A stretch of DNA of 64,000 bases. Origin: Candidatus Woesebacteria bacterium GW2011_GWC1_42_9. Its GTDB lineage: Bacteria; Patescibacteriota; Microgenomatia; UBA8517. Shown in pieces: positions 39,312 through 47,696 of the stretch. The stretch lies in contig LCET01000001.1 of assembly GCA_000995185.1 (NCBI GenBank), positions 103,028 through 167,027 of the forward strand, written 5' to 3'. The notes beneath the pieces were generated by a model, which was given only the letters and a program-made list of their open reading frames with translations, made no database searches and was not told the DNA's origin. Each line of letters starts with the position of its first letter. The stretch's first letter is position 1. A program made the translations under genes and the position numbers.

Positions 39312-40409
39312 ATGAATACTAAATCTTTAAATACAAACTTACATAGAGCAAATAAAGCAAAGAAAGATGAGTTTTATACTCAGCTTATTGATATTGAAAA
39401 AGAACTGAAGCACTACAAAGACCAGTTTCGAGGCAAGGTGGTTTATTGCAATTGTGATGATCCATTTGAAAGTAATTTTTTCAAATATTTTGCCGCTAAT
39501 TTCAACGCCCTAAAACTTAAAAAGTTAATCACCACCAGTTATACAAAGTCGCCAGTTGCCGGAGGACAGTTGCCACTCTTTGAAGTCAAGGGCTTAAAAC
39601 CGAAAGGCAAAGAGCCGTTTATGATTGTACTCAATGAAGTGACAGATACCGATGCAGACGGCGCGGTGGGGCTTACTGATGTGAAGTGGCTCTTGAAAAA
39701 TGATGCCAATATCGCTACCTCACTCAAGGGTAACGGAGATTTTCGCAGCGAGGAGTGCATCAAACTTCTAAAAGAAGCAGATATTGTGGTAACCAACCCG
39801 CCATTTTCACTCTTTCGCGAATATGTGGCGCAGTTAGTCGAGTATAAGAAGAAATTTATAATTCTTGGCGACCAAAACGCAATTACATACAAAGAATTTT
39901 TTAAACTTATAAAAGAAAACAAGCTATGGCTTGGTTATGATAACGGTGGCACAAAATGGTTTCAAGTCCCAATGGATTACGATATACCAACAGAGTCAAG
40001 AAAGAAAATTGAGAATGGAGTGCAGTATTTTAGTATGGGGCGGATTATGTGGTTTACAAATTTAGACACCACAAAAAGACACGAGAAGCTGACTTTATAT
40101 AAAAAATATAGTCCGAAAGAATATCCAAAATATGACAATCATGATGCAATTGAAGTCTCTAGGGTTTTAGAAATTCCAATGGACTACAAGGGATTCATGG
40201 GTGTGCCAATTACATTTGTTGATAAATATAATCCTGATCAATTTGAGATCATTGGATTGCTTGCTGATAAGCGGGAAAAATCAGATGCACTTATACAAGG
40301 TATCCCTACTTATCTTGATGAACAGCATAAAAAATATGTAGGTGCTATTGTTAACGGAAAAGCAACTTATGCACGGATTATTATTAAAAATAAGAAAGTA
40401 AAAAAATAA
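39312..40409 (+). CDS. N6-adenine DNA methyltransferase, EcoRI-methylase-like family.
   Basis: KDEFYTQLIDIEKEL..Y...FRGKVVYCNCDDPFESNFFKYF and motif IV VVTNPPFSLFREY (the NPPF catalytic tetrapeptide). Confidence 0.65.
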   Translation: MNTKSLNTNLHRANKAKKDEFYTQLIDIEKELKHYKDQFRGKVVYCNCDDPFESNFFKYFAANFNALKLKKLITTSYTKSPVAGGQLPLFEVKGLKPKGKEPFMIVLNEVTDTDADGAVGLTDVKWLLKNDANIATSLKGNGDFRSEECIKLLKEADIVVTNPPFSLFREYVAQLVEYKKKFIILGDQNAITYKEFFKLIKENKLWLGYDNGGTKWFQVPMDYDIPTESRKKIENGVQYFSMGRIMWFTNLDTTKRHEKLTLYKKYSPKEYPKYDNHDAIEVSRVLEIPMDYKGFMGVPITFVDKYNPDQFEIIGLLADKREKSDALIQGIPTYLDEQHKKYVGAIVNGKATYARIIIKNKKVKK

Positions 40410-40410
40410 T

Positions 40411-41517
40411 ATGAAAATTGATCTAAACAAAATACCAATTCACGAAGTGATAGTCGGCTACAGAGATAGCGCCGAGGAGGGCGTGGTGGCTTATGGTGGC
40501 AAACTTGATATTCGTCCAAAATATCAGCGTGAGTTTGTATACAAGGAAAAGCAACGCAACGCAGTGATAGAGACTATAAATAACAATTTTCCTCTTAACG
40601 TGATGTACTGGATGATTAGAGAAGATGGCGGCTATGAAGTACTGGACGGCCAACAGCGCACCATCAGCATTGGGCAGTATGTTACGGGTGATTTTTCGCT
40701 GAACGACCGCTTTTTTCATAATCTGACCAAAGAGGAGCAGGATAAAATTTTGGATTATGAGCTTATGATTTACTTCTGCGAGGGAACGGACAAAGAACGG
40801 TTGGATTGGTTTAGAATTATCAACATCGCCGGAGAAAAATTGACCGATCAAGAAATACGCAACGCAGTTTATACCGGCCCGTGGCTTTCTGACGCGAAAA
40901 TCAAATTTAGTAAATCAAATTGTGCGGCGTATCTCTTGGCAAACGACGGCGGACAATTAGTTAGTGGTTCGCCAATTCGCCAAGAGTATTTGGAAACAGT
41001 ACTTTCGTGGATTAACGATGGCAAGATAGAAGATTATATGGCCAAACATCAGCATGATGAAAACGCCGATGAGCTATGGCAGTATTTTCAAGATGTGATA
41101 GTCTGGGTACGAATAATTTTTACGAATTATCGCCGAGAGATGAGCAATGTGCCGTGGGGAGTTTTGTATAACCAATTCAAAGATAAAAAATTTGATTCAA
41201 AAAAACTGGAAAAAGAAATAACCGAGTTGATGCAAGACGAAGATGTGACCAAAAAGTCCGGTATTTACGAATATGTTTTAACTAGAAATGAAAAATTTTT
41301 AAACATCCGCGCTTTCACCGACAAAATGAAACGAGAAGCGTATGAGAGACAAAAAGGCGTTTGTCCGCACTGCAAAGGCGAGAACAAGAAAAAGAAATGG
41401 GAAATTAAGGAAATGGAAGCCGACCACATCAAGCCATGGCATGAAGGCGGAAAAACGACAGTAGAGAATTGCCAGATGTTGTGCCAAGACGATAATAGAA
41501 AAAAATCAGGAAAATAA
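40411..41517 (+). CDS. DUF262 (ParB/Srx-like, GmrS-type) domain protein with a C-terminal HNH nuclease.
   Basis: VLDGQQRTISIGQY (the DGQQR motif of DUF262). C-terminus CPHCKG...ADHIKPWHEGGKTTVENCQMLCQDDNRKK (HNH with CxxC...C..C Zn ligands). A 1-nt gap to the upstream MTase suggests translational coupling. Confidence 0.7.
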   Translation: MKIDLNKIPIHEVIVGYRDSAEEGVVAYGGKLDIRPKYQREFVYKEKQRNAVIETINNNFPLNVMYWMIREDGGYEVLDGQQRTISIGQYVTGDFSLNDRFFHNLTKEEQDKILDYELMIYFCEGTDKERLDWFRIINIAGEKLTDQEIRNAVYTGPWLSDAKIKFSKSNCAAYLLANDGGQLVSGSPIRQEYLETVLSWINDGKIEDYMAKHQHDENADELWQYFQDVIVWVRIIFTNYRREMSNVPWGVLYNQFKDKKFDSKKLEKEITELMQDEDVTKKSGIYEYVLTRNEKFLNIRAFTDKMKREAYERQKGVCPHCKGENKKKKWEIKEMEADHIKPWHEGGKTTVENCQMLCQDDNRKKSGK

Positions 41518-41551
41518 AATGATAGGTGCGCCGGCTTCACTGGTATGAGAT

Positions 41552-43018
41552 TTGCTGAGAATAAATAGTATGAAAATTAGTCAAATCTACAAATTAAATA
41601 AAACTCAGCATGAATTAGATTTTGTTGACATAGATCCCTCAAAAGACAAAGCAGTTTTTCTTGACCCCTTCTTTATTTCTACTAGACCTCAACCGTGGTG
41701 TATAGATGTAAGTAGAACAATAAAAAGTTTTTTTCAACACGCGATTGACCTTATTAAATCAGATGAGGTTGATAAAGCTCGTGCTCTTTTTGTTCATTTA
41801 AACGAACCGAATGAAATATGTTTAGGTTTATCGAGATCCAAACCTCAAGGTAGGGGTGCCGGCAATGATGATTCAAGACGCATATATGAAAGTATTTTGG
41901 AGAGTAAGGCAGTTCAAACTGGGTTAGTAGAAGATTTGGAAGATACGGCTATTTTTATTGATCGGATAGCTAGAGATAAGGTATCTGATATGACAACTAA
42001 CATAATTAGGAAACATCTTGTTGGTTACACTAAATCACAGTGCGAATTGTGGAATATTCCTTTGACCAGCGATGTACCATCTGGATTTTTTTGGGATCCA
42101 GCAAATAAAAGATGGGAAATTGTGCACACCGACAGATTAGTCGTAAGAAACAAACCCTTATTGCTAGTTCCAAAAATATCAGTTTCTTTCCATAAAGAAT
42201 ATATTGATCAAAAATATTATCAGCACTTCGCCTTAAATTATTTACAGGGTGAGCATTTAGCAAAAGATAGCAGTTTGGTGCGTGAAAGAACATTAAAGGA
42301 TGGTTCAAAACATAGATATGTAACAAAAAAAGATATAAAAGAGAAGGAAGCTCCTTTTTCTAAAGAATTTTTGCGTGAGTTTACAAAAAGTCATCCTGAA
42401 GTTTTTAAAAATTTCAGAAGTAGTAAAGCTCAATCCGTTCAACCAATCGGAAATAAAGATCTGGAAGATATTGATGTTGGCGCTTTAGTCGATTACTTGA
42501 TTAACTTACTTAATTCCTTGACTGCGGGTGGGGACAACGCAAGCGCATATCATAAATTGATCATCGGAGTACTAGAATTTATTTTCTACCCATCATTAAA
42601 TAATCCAGTCAAAGAGAAAGAAATAAACGACGGCAGAAAGCGAATTGACATAACTTTCGACAATTCAGCAAATGATGGATTTTTTTACACTCTCCACAAT
42701 CTCCATCAAATTACTTCAAGATATATTTTTGTTGAGTGCAAAAATTATTCGGAAGATCCAAAAAATCCAGAAATTGATCAGTTGGCCGGTAGATTTTCGG
42801 TTAATACAAGTAAATTCGGCTTTTTGGTTTGCAGATTGATAAGTGATAAAAATTTATTTCTGAAAAGATGCCAAGATATGTGGAAACAGAAAAATGAGTT
42901 GATTATCCCGTTGACCGATCTGGAAATCATCGCTATTTTAAAAAATATAAAATCAGGAGTGATACGAACAGAAGAACAATTACTCAATGATTTAAGAAGG
43001 AAGATAATTTTGTCGTAG
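41552..43018 (+). CDS. Putative restriction endonuclease. It has a C-terminal Mrr-cat-like PD-(D/E)xK domain and a large uncharacterised N-terminal domain.
   Basis: C-terminal GRKRIDITFDN...(27 aa)...IFVECKNY matches the Mrr_cat pattern G.IDh...(E/Q)xKxY. Confidence 0.5.
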   Translation: MLRINSMKISQIYKLNKTQHELDFVDIDPSKDKAVFLDPFFISTRPQPWCIDVSRTIKSFFQHAIDLIKSDEVDKARALFVHLNEPNEICLGLSRSKPQGRGAGNDDSRRIYESILESKAVQTGLVEDLEDTAIFIDRIARDKVSDMTTNIIRKHLVGYTKSQCELWNIPLTSDVPSGFFWDPANKRWEIVHTDRLVVRNKPLLLVPKISVSFHKEYIDQKYYQHFALNYLQGEHLAKDSSLVRERTLKDGSKHRYVTKKDIKEKEAPFSKEFLREFTKSHPEVFKNFRSSKAQSVQPIGNKDLEDIDVGALVDYLINLLNSLTAGGDNASAYHKLIIGVLEFIFYPSLNNPVKEKEINDGRKRIDITFDNSANDGFFYTLHNLHQITSRYIFVECKNYSEDPKNPEIDQLAGRFSVNTSKFGFLVCRLISDKNLFLKRCQDMWKQKNELIIPLTDLEIIAILKNIKSGVIRTEEQLLNDLRRKIILS

Positions 43019-43175
43019 GCGGAGACGGAAAAGCGAGGACAGGACACAAGCATGGTACAAAATTCAGAATGAAGCAAAATTGTCTCCCCATATTTTATAA
43101 AAAAACTGCTGTTATATCATGAGACTTGACCCCTAAGAAATTTAGGATTATGTTTAGGATGAGATACATTTTAAG

Positions 43176-43718
43176 ATGCCTTTTTCTACAGAAATTATTG
43201 GTCTTTTGCAGTATTTAGGTGTTAGTGCGGATAAAATAGCCCCATTTTTAATTTTTGGTTTTCTTTTGAATCTCTCCTTCTCAAAGAGACTCGGAATATT
43301 TTCAAAAGAGATCAACAAAATTGCCAACGCAATAGTTGAAATTCAAACTGTTTTAAGAAACAATCTTAAAGTTACGCTGCAGCAAAATATCAATCAATAT
43401 GGAATATCTGGAAGTCCAATAGTTCTTAAGAGTGAATTTCGGTCATTTATTACTAAGCCAAAACTTGACCAGCAGGTAGATGAAAAAATTGACGAACTTA
43501 TAGAATGGTTGAAAAAGCAAAACCCAAAAACTGGAATTGATGCCCAAAATAAAATTTCAGAGCTGGTGATATCACCAAAGATCAACGAATATTTAGACCT
43601 CACAAAATACAAACAATACCTATATACAAAAGGTAAAACGTCAAGAGATGCTTATGGGATTTTGGCCGTCTACCTCTTCGAGATATTGATTCCTATATTG
43701 TTTCCCTCAGGCAAATAA
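43176..43718 (+). CDS. Hypothetical protein (180 aa).
   Basis: ORF only. Hydrophobic N-terminal and C-terminal segments. No motif recognised. Confidence 0.4.
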   Translation: MPFSTEIIGLLQYLGVSADKIAPFLIFGFLLNLSFSKRLGIFSKEINKIANAIVEIQTVLRNNLKVTLQQNINQYGISGSPIVLKSEFRSFITKPKLDQQVDEKIDELIEWLKKQNPKTGIDAQNKISELVISPKINEYLDLTKYKQYLYTKGKTSRDAYGILAVYLFEILIPILFPSGK

Positions 43719-43742
43719 CAAATAATATCAAACTGCTCAAAT

Positions 43743-43832
43743 TTGACCCGTTTTGACACATTAATTTAGGGTTGACAACATAATCATGTTGTCCATAGTA
43801 GTTAGCAAGCAGTCTATTTGAGTGCTTGCTAA
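43743..43832 (+). promoter_or_regulatory. Promoter/operator region. It has three TTGAC(A/C) boxes, a palindrome GACAACAT-aatc-ATGTTGTC overlapping the TTGACA/CATAAT elements, and a second perfect 10-bp inverted repeat TTAGCAAGCA-(11 nt)-TGCTTGCTAA ending 1 nt before the SD.
   Basis: Read directly: TTGACC 43743, TTGACA 43753, TTGACA 43772. First inverted repeat (IR) 43773-43792. Second IR 43802-43832. SD GGAGGTGA at 43834. Confidence 0.5.
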
Positions 43833-43847
43833 TTGGAGGTGATTAAA

Positions 43848-44102
43848 ATGGTAGATTTTAATAATTTAAAAATAGAGCCACATTTTAAGCTAAATTTTGG
43901 TAAGTCCGGGAAAAACGGAAATGGTGGAGATGGGGGATCAATATTTATTTTCACTGAAAAATTAGCAGGGGATGGGAAATTCCTTGCTCATGGAGGTAGG
44001 GGAAAACATGGAGGAAAAGGAGGGAATATAAAAATTATTGCAAAAAATAATGATTTCAAGGGCGAAGTTTCAGTAAAAGGAGGTGATTCCTATGGAAAGT
44101 AA
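43848..44102 (+). CDS. Small glycine/lysine-rich protein (84 aa).
   Basis: ATG 43848 with SD GGAGGTGA 6 nt upstream. The in-frame TTG at 43833 is the ORF-track start. Sequence GKSGKNGNGGDGGSIFIF...GGRGKHGGKGGNIKII...KGGDSYGK. Confidence 0.5.
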   Translation: MVDFNNLKIEPHFKLNFGKSGKNGNGGDGGSIFIFTEKLAGDGKFLAHGGRGKHGGKGGNIKIIAKNNDFKGEVSVKGGDSYGK

Positions 44103-44382
44103 GCAACATAAACAAATCGCAAACAAAATTGCCAAAATTAAGGGCTCCGAATACCATTCGGATAAAGGGATAGATATTCGTACCAGAACTCAAGCAATAG
44201 AAGTAGAGGTTGATTCAAAAGCCTTTGGACACGCAAAACAACAATTGGCTGGATCGACACGAGCACCTTATATTGCCGTGCCTAACGAACTCGTCAAAGA
44301 TGCTCTAGTGTCAACACAAAATACTAGATTTGGAGTTATGAATGAGAGAGCAAAAATTTATAAATCAGGTCGGCGAAGATAG
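44092..44382 (+). CDS. Small protein (96 aa), possibly a minimal PD-(D/E)xK (YraN-like) fold. It is translationally coupled to the upstream gene.
   Basis: ATG 44092 with an identical SD GGAGGTGA 8 nt upstream, lying inside the 3' end of the previous gene. KGIDIRTRTQAIEVEVDSKA resembles a D...ExDxK core. The ORF-track start is GTG 44083. Confidence 0.45.
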   Translation: MESKQHKQIANKIAKIKGSEYHSDKGIDIRTRTQAIEVEVDSKAFGHAKQQLAGSTRAPYIAVPNELVKDALVSTQNTRFGVMNERAKIYKSGRRR

Positions 44383-44403
44383 AAAATATATATAGATTTG
44401 GAT

Positions 44404-44434
44404 TTTGTGGCCCCGCAAAAAATCATTTTTTTTG
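44404..44434 (+). terminator. Probable intrinsic terminator after the two-gene module.
   Basis: TTTTGTG-gccc-CGCAAAA hairpin (one G.U pair), followed by a T8 run. Confidence 0.4.
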
Positions 44435-44458
44435 ACCAAACTAAAAGAAAGGATATGA

Positions 44459-45754
44459 TTGGGAGGAATGGTTAACTTTTTTGAAAAACAGTTTGATAAT
44501 TTAGCAAAAAAGATTCAACTGCGTTGGAAAAATCTTATTTTAGGGTTAAAATCTTATTTCAAAAAATTGATTTTTCCTCTGTATCTTTTCCCGATTAAGC
44601 TTGTTACTTATACCGCTTATTACTTGGTCAAGTTTTTAATCAAGTTTATTTTTGCTTTCATCAGCCTTATTTTTGAAACAATTATTTTTCCCTTCAAAAG
44701 TCTTAAAAACTTTTTAAAGTCAATTTTTATTCTTGGTATTTTTATATACCTTTTAGCCTCTGTTTTTGTAATTGCTGATTATTTAACAAACCAGTACGGC
44801 TATATCGGCAAATTCCTTTGTTCTTTTGGAGTGAGAGATAAAATGGTAAATTCTGTTGTTCGTGTCGTCGGCGGATATTCTGAAGGCACAGGGTTTTTCA
44901 TAAGCCCCGACCAAGTGATTACCAACTTCCATGTTATTGCTGATGAGCCAAGCCCTAAAATTATTTTTCCCGATGGAAACTTTGTAACTCCGGTAAAAAT
45001 TCTTGGCAATAAAGATGTTGACTTGGCAGTCTTGTTTACAGAAGCAAAGTATCCGGATCTGGTTTTGCCTTTGCCGGATAGCATAGGCTTTAAGGAGGAC
45101 GAACCTCTTATTGCTACCGGCTACGCTTTGGGAACTGACTTAACTGGTAAGGCAACGAGCCTTAGGGGAAGGTTTATTGATTTTAGGAAATCCAAGCGAA
45201 TGCCCATTGGCTACATCCAAACTGACATCAGTTTGGTCAAGGGCATGAGCGGCGGCCCGCTGGTCGATCAATGCGGGAGTGTAGTTGGGATAAATACCAT
45301 TAGTCTTGCCGGATTATCCTTGTTTATCAACGCAGACTGGGCAAAAACTATGGTGCCGGATTTTACCGACCAGAATATTACTAAAATCGAGGTTGACCCT
45401 TCTCTCTCTCCGGAGGAAGCCGTGAGAGCTTTTTATACCTATCTTAAAGCCCGCCGGATGGAAGACGGCTTTAACTTATTGAGCGAAGAATATCTTAAAA
45501 AGACAAACTTTGAGGAATGGACCAACCGCTTCACTGATATTTTGGATGTTGATGTTATCAAATCCGAGAAATTTGAAAATACCAACGATATTGCTTTTGT
45601 AAAATTCTCAACTAAAAATTGGGTGGACGGGGAAGCAGAAGTACATTTTTACGAGGGTACTTGGCAAACGGTCAAAGAAGACGGGGTGTACAAAATGTTC
45701 AAAAGCAAAATTGTGGAAGTTGAAAACCCAGATTGGGATTGGTTCTATGAATAA
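44459..45754 (+). CDS. Membrane-anchored trypsin-like serine protease (S1/Trypsin_2) with an uncharacterised C-terminal domain.
   Basis: 3-4 N-terminal TM helices. Catalytic triad contexts TNFHVIAD (His), DVDLAVLF (Asp) and KGMSGGPLVD (Ser). Confidence 0.7.
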   Translation: MGGMVNFFEKQFDNLAKKIQLRWKNLILGLKSYFKKLIFPLYLFPIKLVTYTAYYLVKFLIKFIFAFISLIFETIIFPFKSLKNFLKSIFILGIFIYLLASVFVIADYLTNQYGYIGKFLCSFGVRDKMVNSVVRVVGGYSEGTGFFISPDQVITNFHVIADEPSPKIIFPDGNFVTPVKILGNKDVDLAVLFTEAKYPDLVLPLPDSIGFKEDEPLIATGYALGTDLTGKATSLRGRFIDFRKSKRMPIGYIQTDISLVKGMSGGPLVDQCGSVVGINTISLAGLSLFINADWAKTMVPDFTDQNITKIEVDPSLSPEEAVRAFYTYLKARRMEDGFNLLSEEYLKKTNFEEWTNRFTDILDVDVIKSEKFENTNDIAFVKFSTKNWVDGEAEVHFYEGTWQTVKEDGVYKMFKSKIVEVENPDWDWFYE

Positions 45755-46397
45755 GCTCTCGCCATCAGACTTCGCCTACCTCTATGAGGAGTGTAAGCTT
45801 TGCTACTACCTCAAAGTCAAGCACAAGATTTCCCAGCCTAGCATGCCCATGCCTGGCGTCTTTAGTGCGATAAATACCCGCCTCCAAACTCCGCTTGTCG
45901 GCAAAAATTTGCAAGTCATATCCAAAAGACTCCCCGAGGGTGAGGTTATAAAGCAAGAAGGATGGGTAGAGTCTAAAACTGTCCCTGGGACAAATGTTTA
46001 CCTCAAGGGTAAGTATGATTTGTTAGTTAAAAACATGGACGAGACTTATACCCTGGTCGACTTAAAGATCACCCAGCCGGATGAAGGCAAGATTGAAAAG
46101 TACCAGACCCAATTGTCGGCTTATAAATTTGCCTTGGAAAATCCCAAAACTGGCAAGCCGACCCAGATCGTGAGGACCGGATTACTTCTTTTTTATCCCG
46201 ACACAGTGACTTTTAAAGCGGGGAATGCGATATTTAAATTCCCGCCGACTTGGATGGAAGTGCCGATCGACGAAAGAGTTTTCTTTGGGTTTATGAAGGA
46301 AGTTAACGAGCTTTTAAATGGACCCACTCCAAAAGAAAGCAAAACTTGCAAATGGTGCCAGTACCGGCACATTGGGGATAAGTTAGCTCACTCGTGA
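45747..46397 (+). CDS. Cas4/RecB-like PD-(D/E)xK nuclease with four Cys that could form an Fe-S cluster (standalone, no CRISPR nearby).
   Basis: N-terminal ECKLCYY. GKYDLLV (motif I Asp). LVDLKI (DxK). QTQLSAYKFAL (QxxxY). C-terminal TCKWCQY. The ORF-track start is 45711; the Met at 45747 overlaps the protease stop by 8 nt. Confidence 0.6.
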   Translation: MNKLSPSDFAYLYEECKLCYYLKVKHKISQPSMPMPGVFSAINTRLQTPLVGKNLQVISKRLPEGEVIKQEGWVESKTVPGTNVYLKGKYDLLVKNMDETYTLVDLKITQPDEGKIEKYQTQLSAYKFALENPKTGKPTQIVRTGLLLFYPDTVTFKAGNAIFKFPPTWMEVPIDERVFFGFMKEVNELLNGPTPKESKTCKWCQYRHIGDKLAHS

Positions 46398-46430
46398 AAC
46401 TCCTCGAAAATAAGATCGTGTATAATAGTT

Positions 46431-47693
46431 TTGATGGAGAAAATTGTTTCTCTTGCCAAAAGACGGGGGTTTATTTATCCGGGGAGTGAGATCTATGGAG
46501 GGCTGACTGGCTTCTGGGACTATGGACCTCTTGGAGTGGAATTGAAAAACAATATCAAGCGCGAGTGGTGGAGGACAATGGTTTATGGGCGCGAAGACGT
46601 TGTCGGGCTTGACGCCGCAATTATCATGAATCCTAAGGTGTGGGAAGCAAGCGGCCACACCGAGGCCTTTACCGACCCTCTGGTTGAGTGTAAGACTTGC
46701 CATAAGCGCTTCCGTGCCGATAGGCACGAGATTATTGCCAAGCACGAAAAAAAGCACAAAAAAGCCCCCCAGTGGACTGAGCCCAGGACATTTAATCTAT
46801 TGACGGAAGTGTATTTAGGGACGACTGAGCCAAAGCAAAAAGCTTATCTTCGGGGTGAAATCACTCAGGGCGTATTTGTAAATTTCGGGAATGTCGTTAG
46901 CTCTAATCGGGTCAAGGTCCCCTTTGGGATTGCCCAAATAGGGAAGGCTTTCCGGAACGAAATTACCCCAGGGAACCTCACTTTTCGCTCGCGTGAATTT
47001 GAGCAGATGGAGCTTGAGTATTTTGTCGCGCCGGATGAAAAAGAAGCCCAGAAGACTTTTGATTATTGGAAAGAGGAAAGACTAAATTGGTATGTTGGTC
47101 TTGGGATGAATAAAGAGAAGCTGAGATTTAGAGCCCATGCAAAAAATGAGATGGCGCACTATGCGCGCGCGGCAGAGGACATTGAATATAAAGCTCCTTT
47201 TGGCTGGAGTGAGTTTGAAGGGATCCACCACCGGGGGGACTGGGACTTAAGCCGTCATAAGATTACTTATAAAGATGACTCGGGCAAAGAATTCACTCCT
47301 TGGGTGATAGAAACTTCTGGAGGAGTTGACCGGTCTACGTTGTTTTTCTTAATTGATGCTTATTGTGAGGAAGATGGAAGAGTTGTTTTAAAACTAAATA
47401 AGAAGCTTGCGCCTTTTAAAGCGGCCGTGTTTCCTCTTTTGGCCAATAAGCCGAAGCTATTGGAAGTGGCCAAAAAGATATTTACTGATCTGAAGAAGGA
47501 AATGCCGGTGGTGTGGGATGATCGCGGGAACATCGGGAAGCGCTACTTTGCCCAGGATGAGATCGGTACACCCGCATGCATTACAATTGATTTTCAAACT
47601 CTTGAAGACGATGCCGTGACGGTGCGGGACCGCGACACGGCAAAACAAGAAAGGGTTTCAGTTGACAAGCTCCAGGACTATCTGAAAGAATAA
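46431..47693 (+). CDS. glyQS: Glycine--tRNA ligase, alpha2 (GlyQS) type.
   Basis: N-terminal KRRGFIYPGSEIYGGLTGFWDYGPLGVELKNNIKREWW is the GlyRS class II signature. A C-terminal anticodon-binding region is also present. Confidence 0.85.
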   Translation: MMEKIVSLAKRRGFIYPGSEIYGGLTGFWDYGPLGVELKNNIKREWWRTMVYGREDVVGLDAAIIMNPKVWEASGHTEAFTDPLVECKTCHKRFRADRHEIIAKHEKKHKKAPQWTEPRTFNLLTEVYLGTTEPKQKAYLRGEITQGVFVNFGNVVSSNRVKVPFGIAQIGKAFRNEITPGNLTFRSREFEQMELEYFVAPDEKEAQKTFDYWKEERLNWYVGLGMNKEKLRFRAHAKNEMAHYARAAEDIEYKAPFGWSEFEGIHHRGDWDLSRHKITYKDDSGKEFTPWVIETSGGVDRSTLFFLIDAYCEEDGRVVLKLNKKLAPFKAAVFPLLANKPKLLEVAKKIFTDLKKEMPVVWDDRGNIGKRYFAQDEIGTPACITIDFQTLEDDAVTVRDRDTAKQERVSVDKLQDYLKE

Positions 47694-47696
47694 GCT

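Noticed and set aside
43019-43110. GGAGAC ... GTCTCC inverted repeat with a roughly 55-nt loop after gene 41552-43018.
   Set aside because: The loop is far too long for a terminator hairpin and the arms are only 6 bp. It is probably a chance match.
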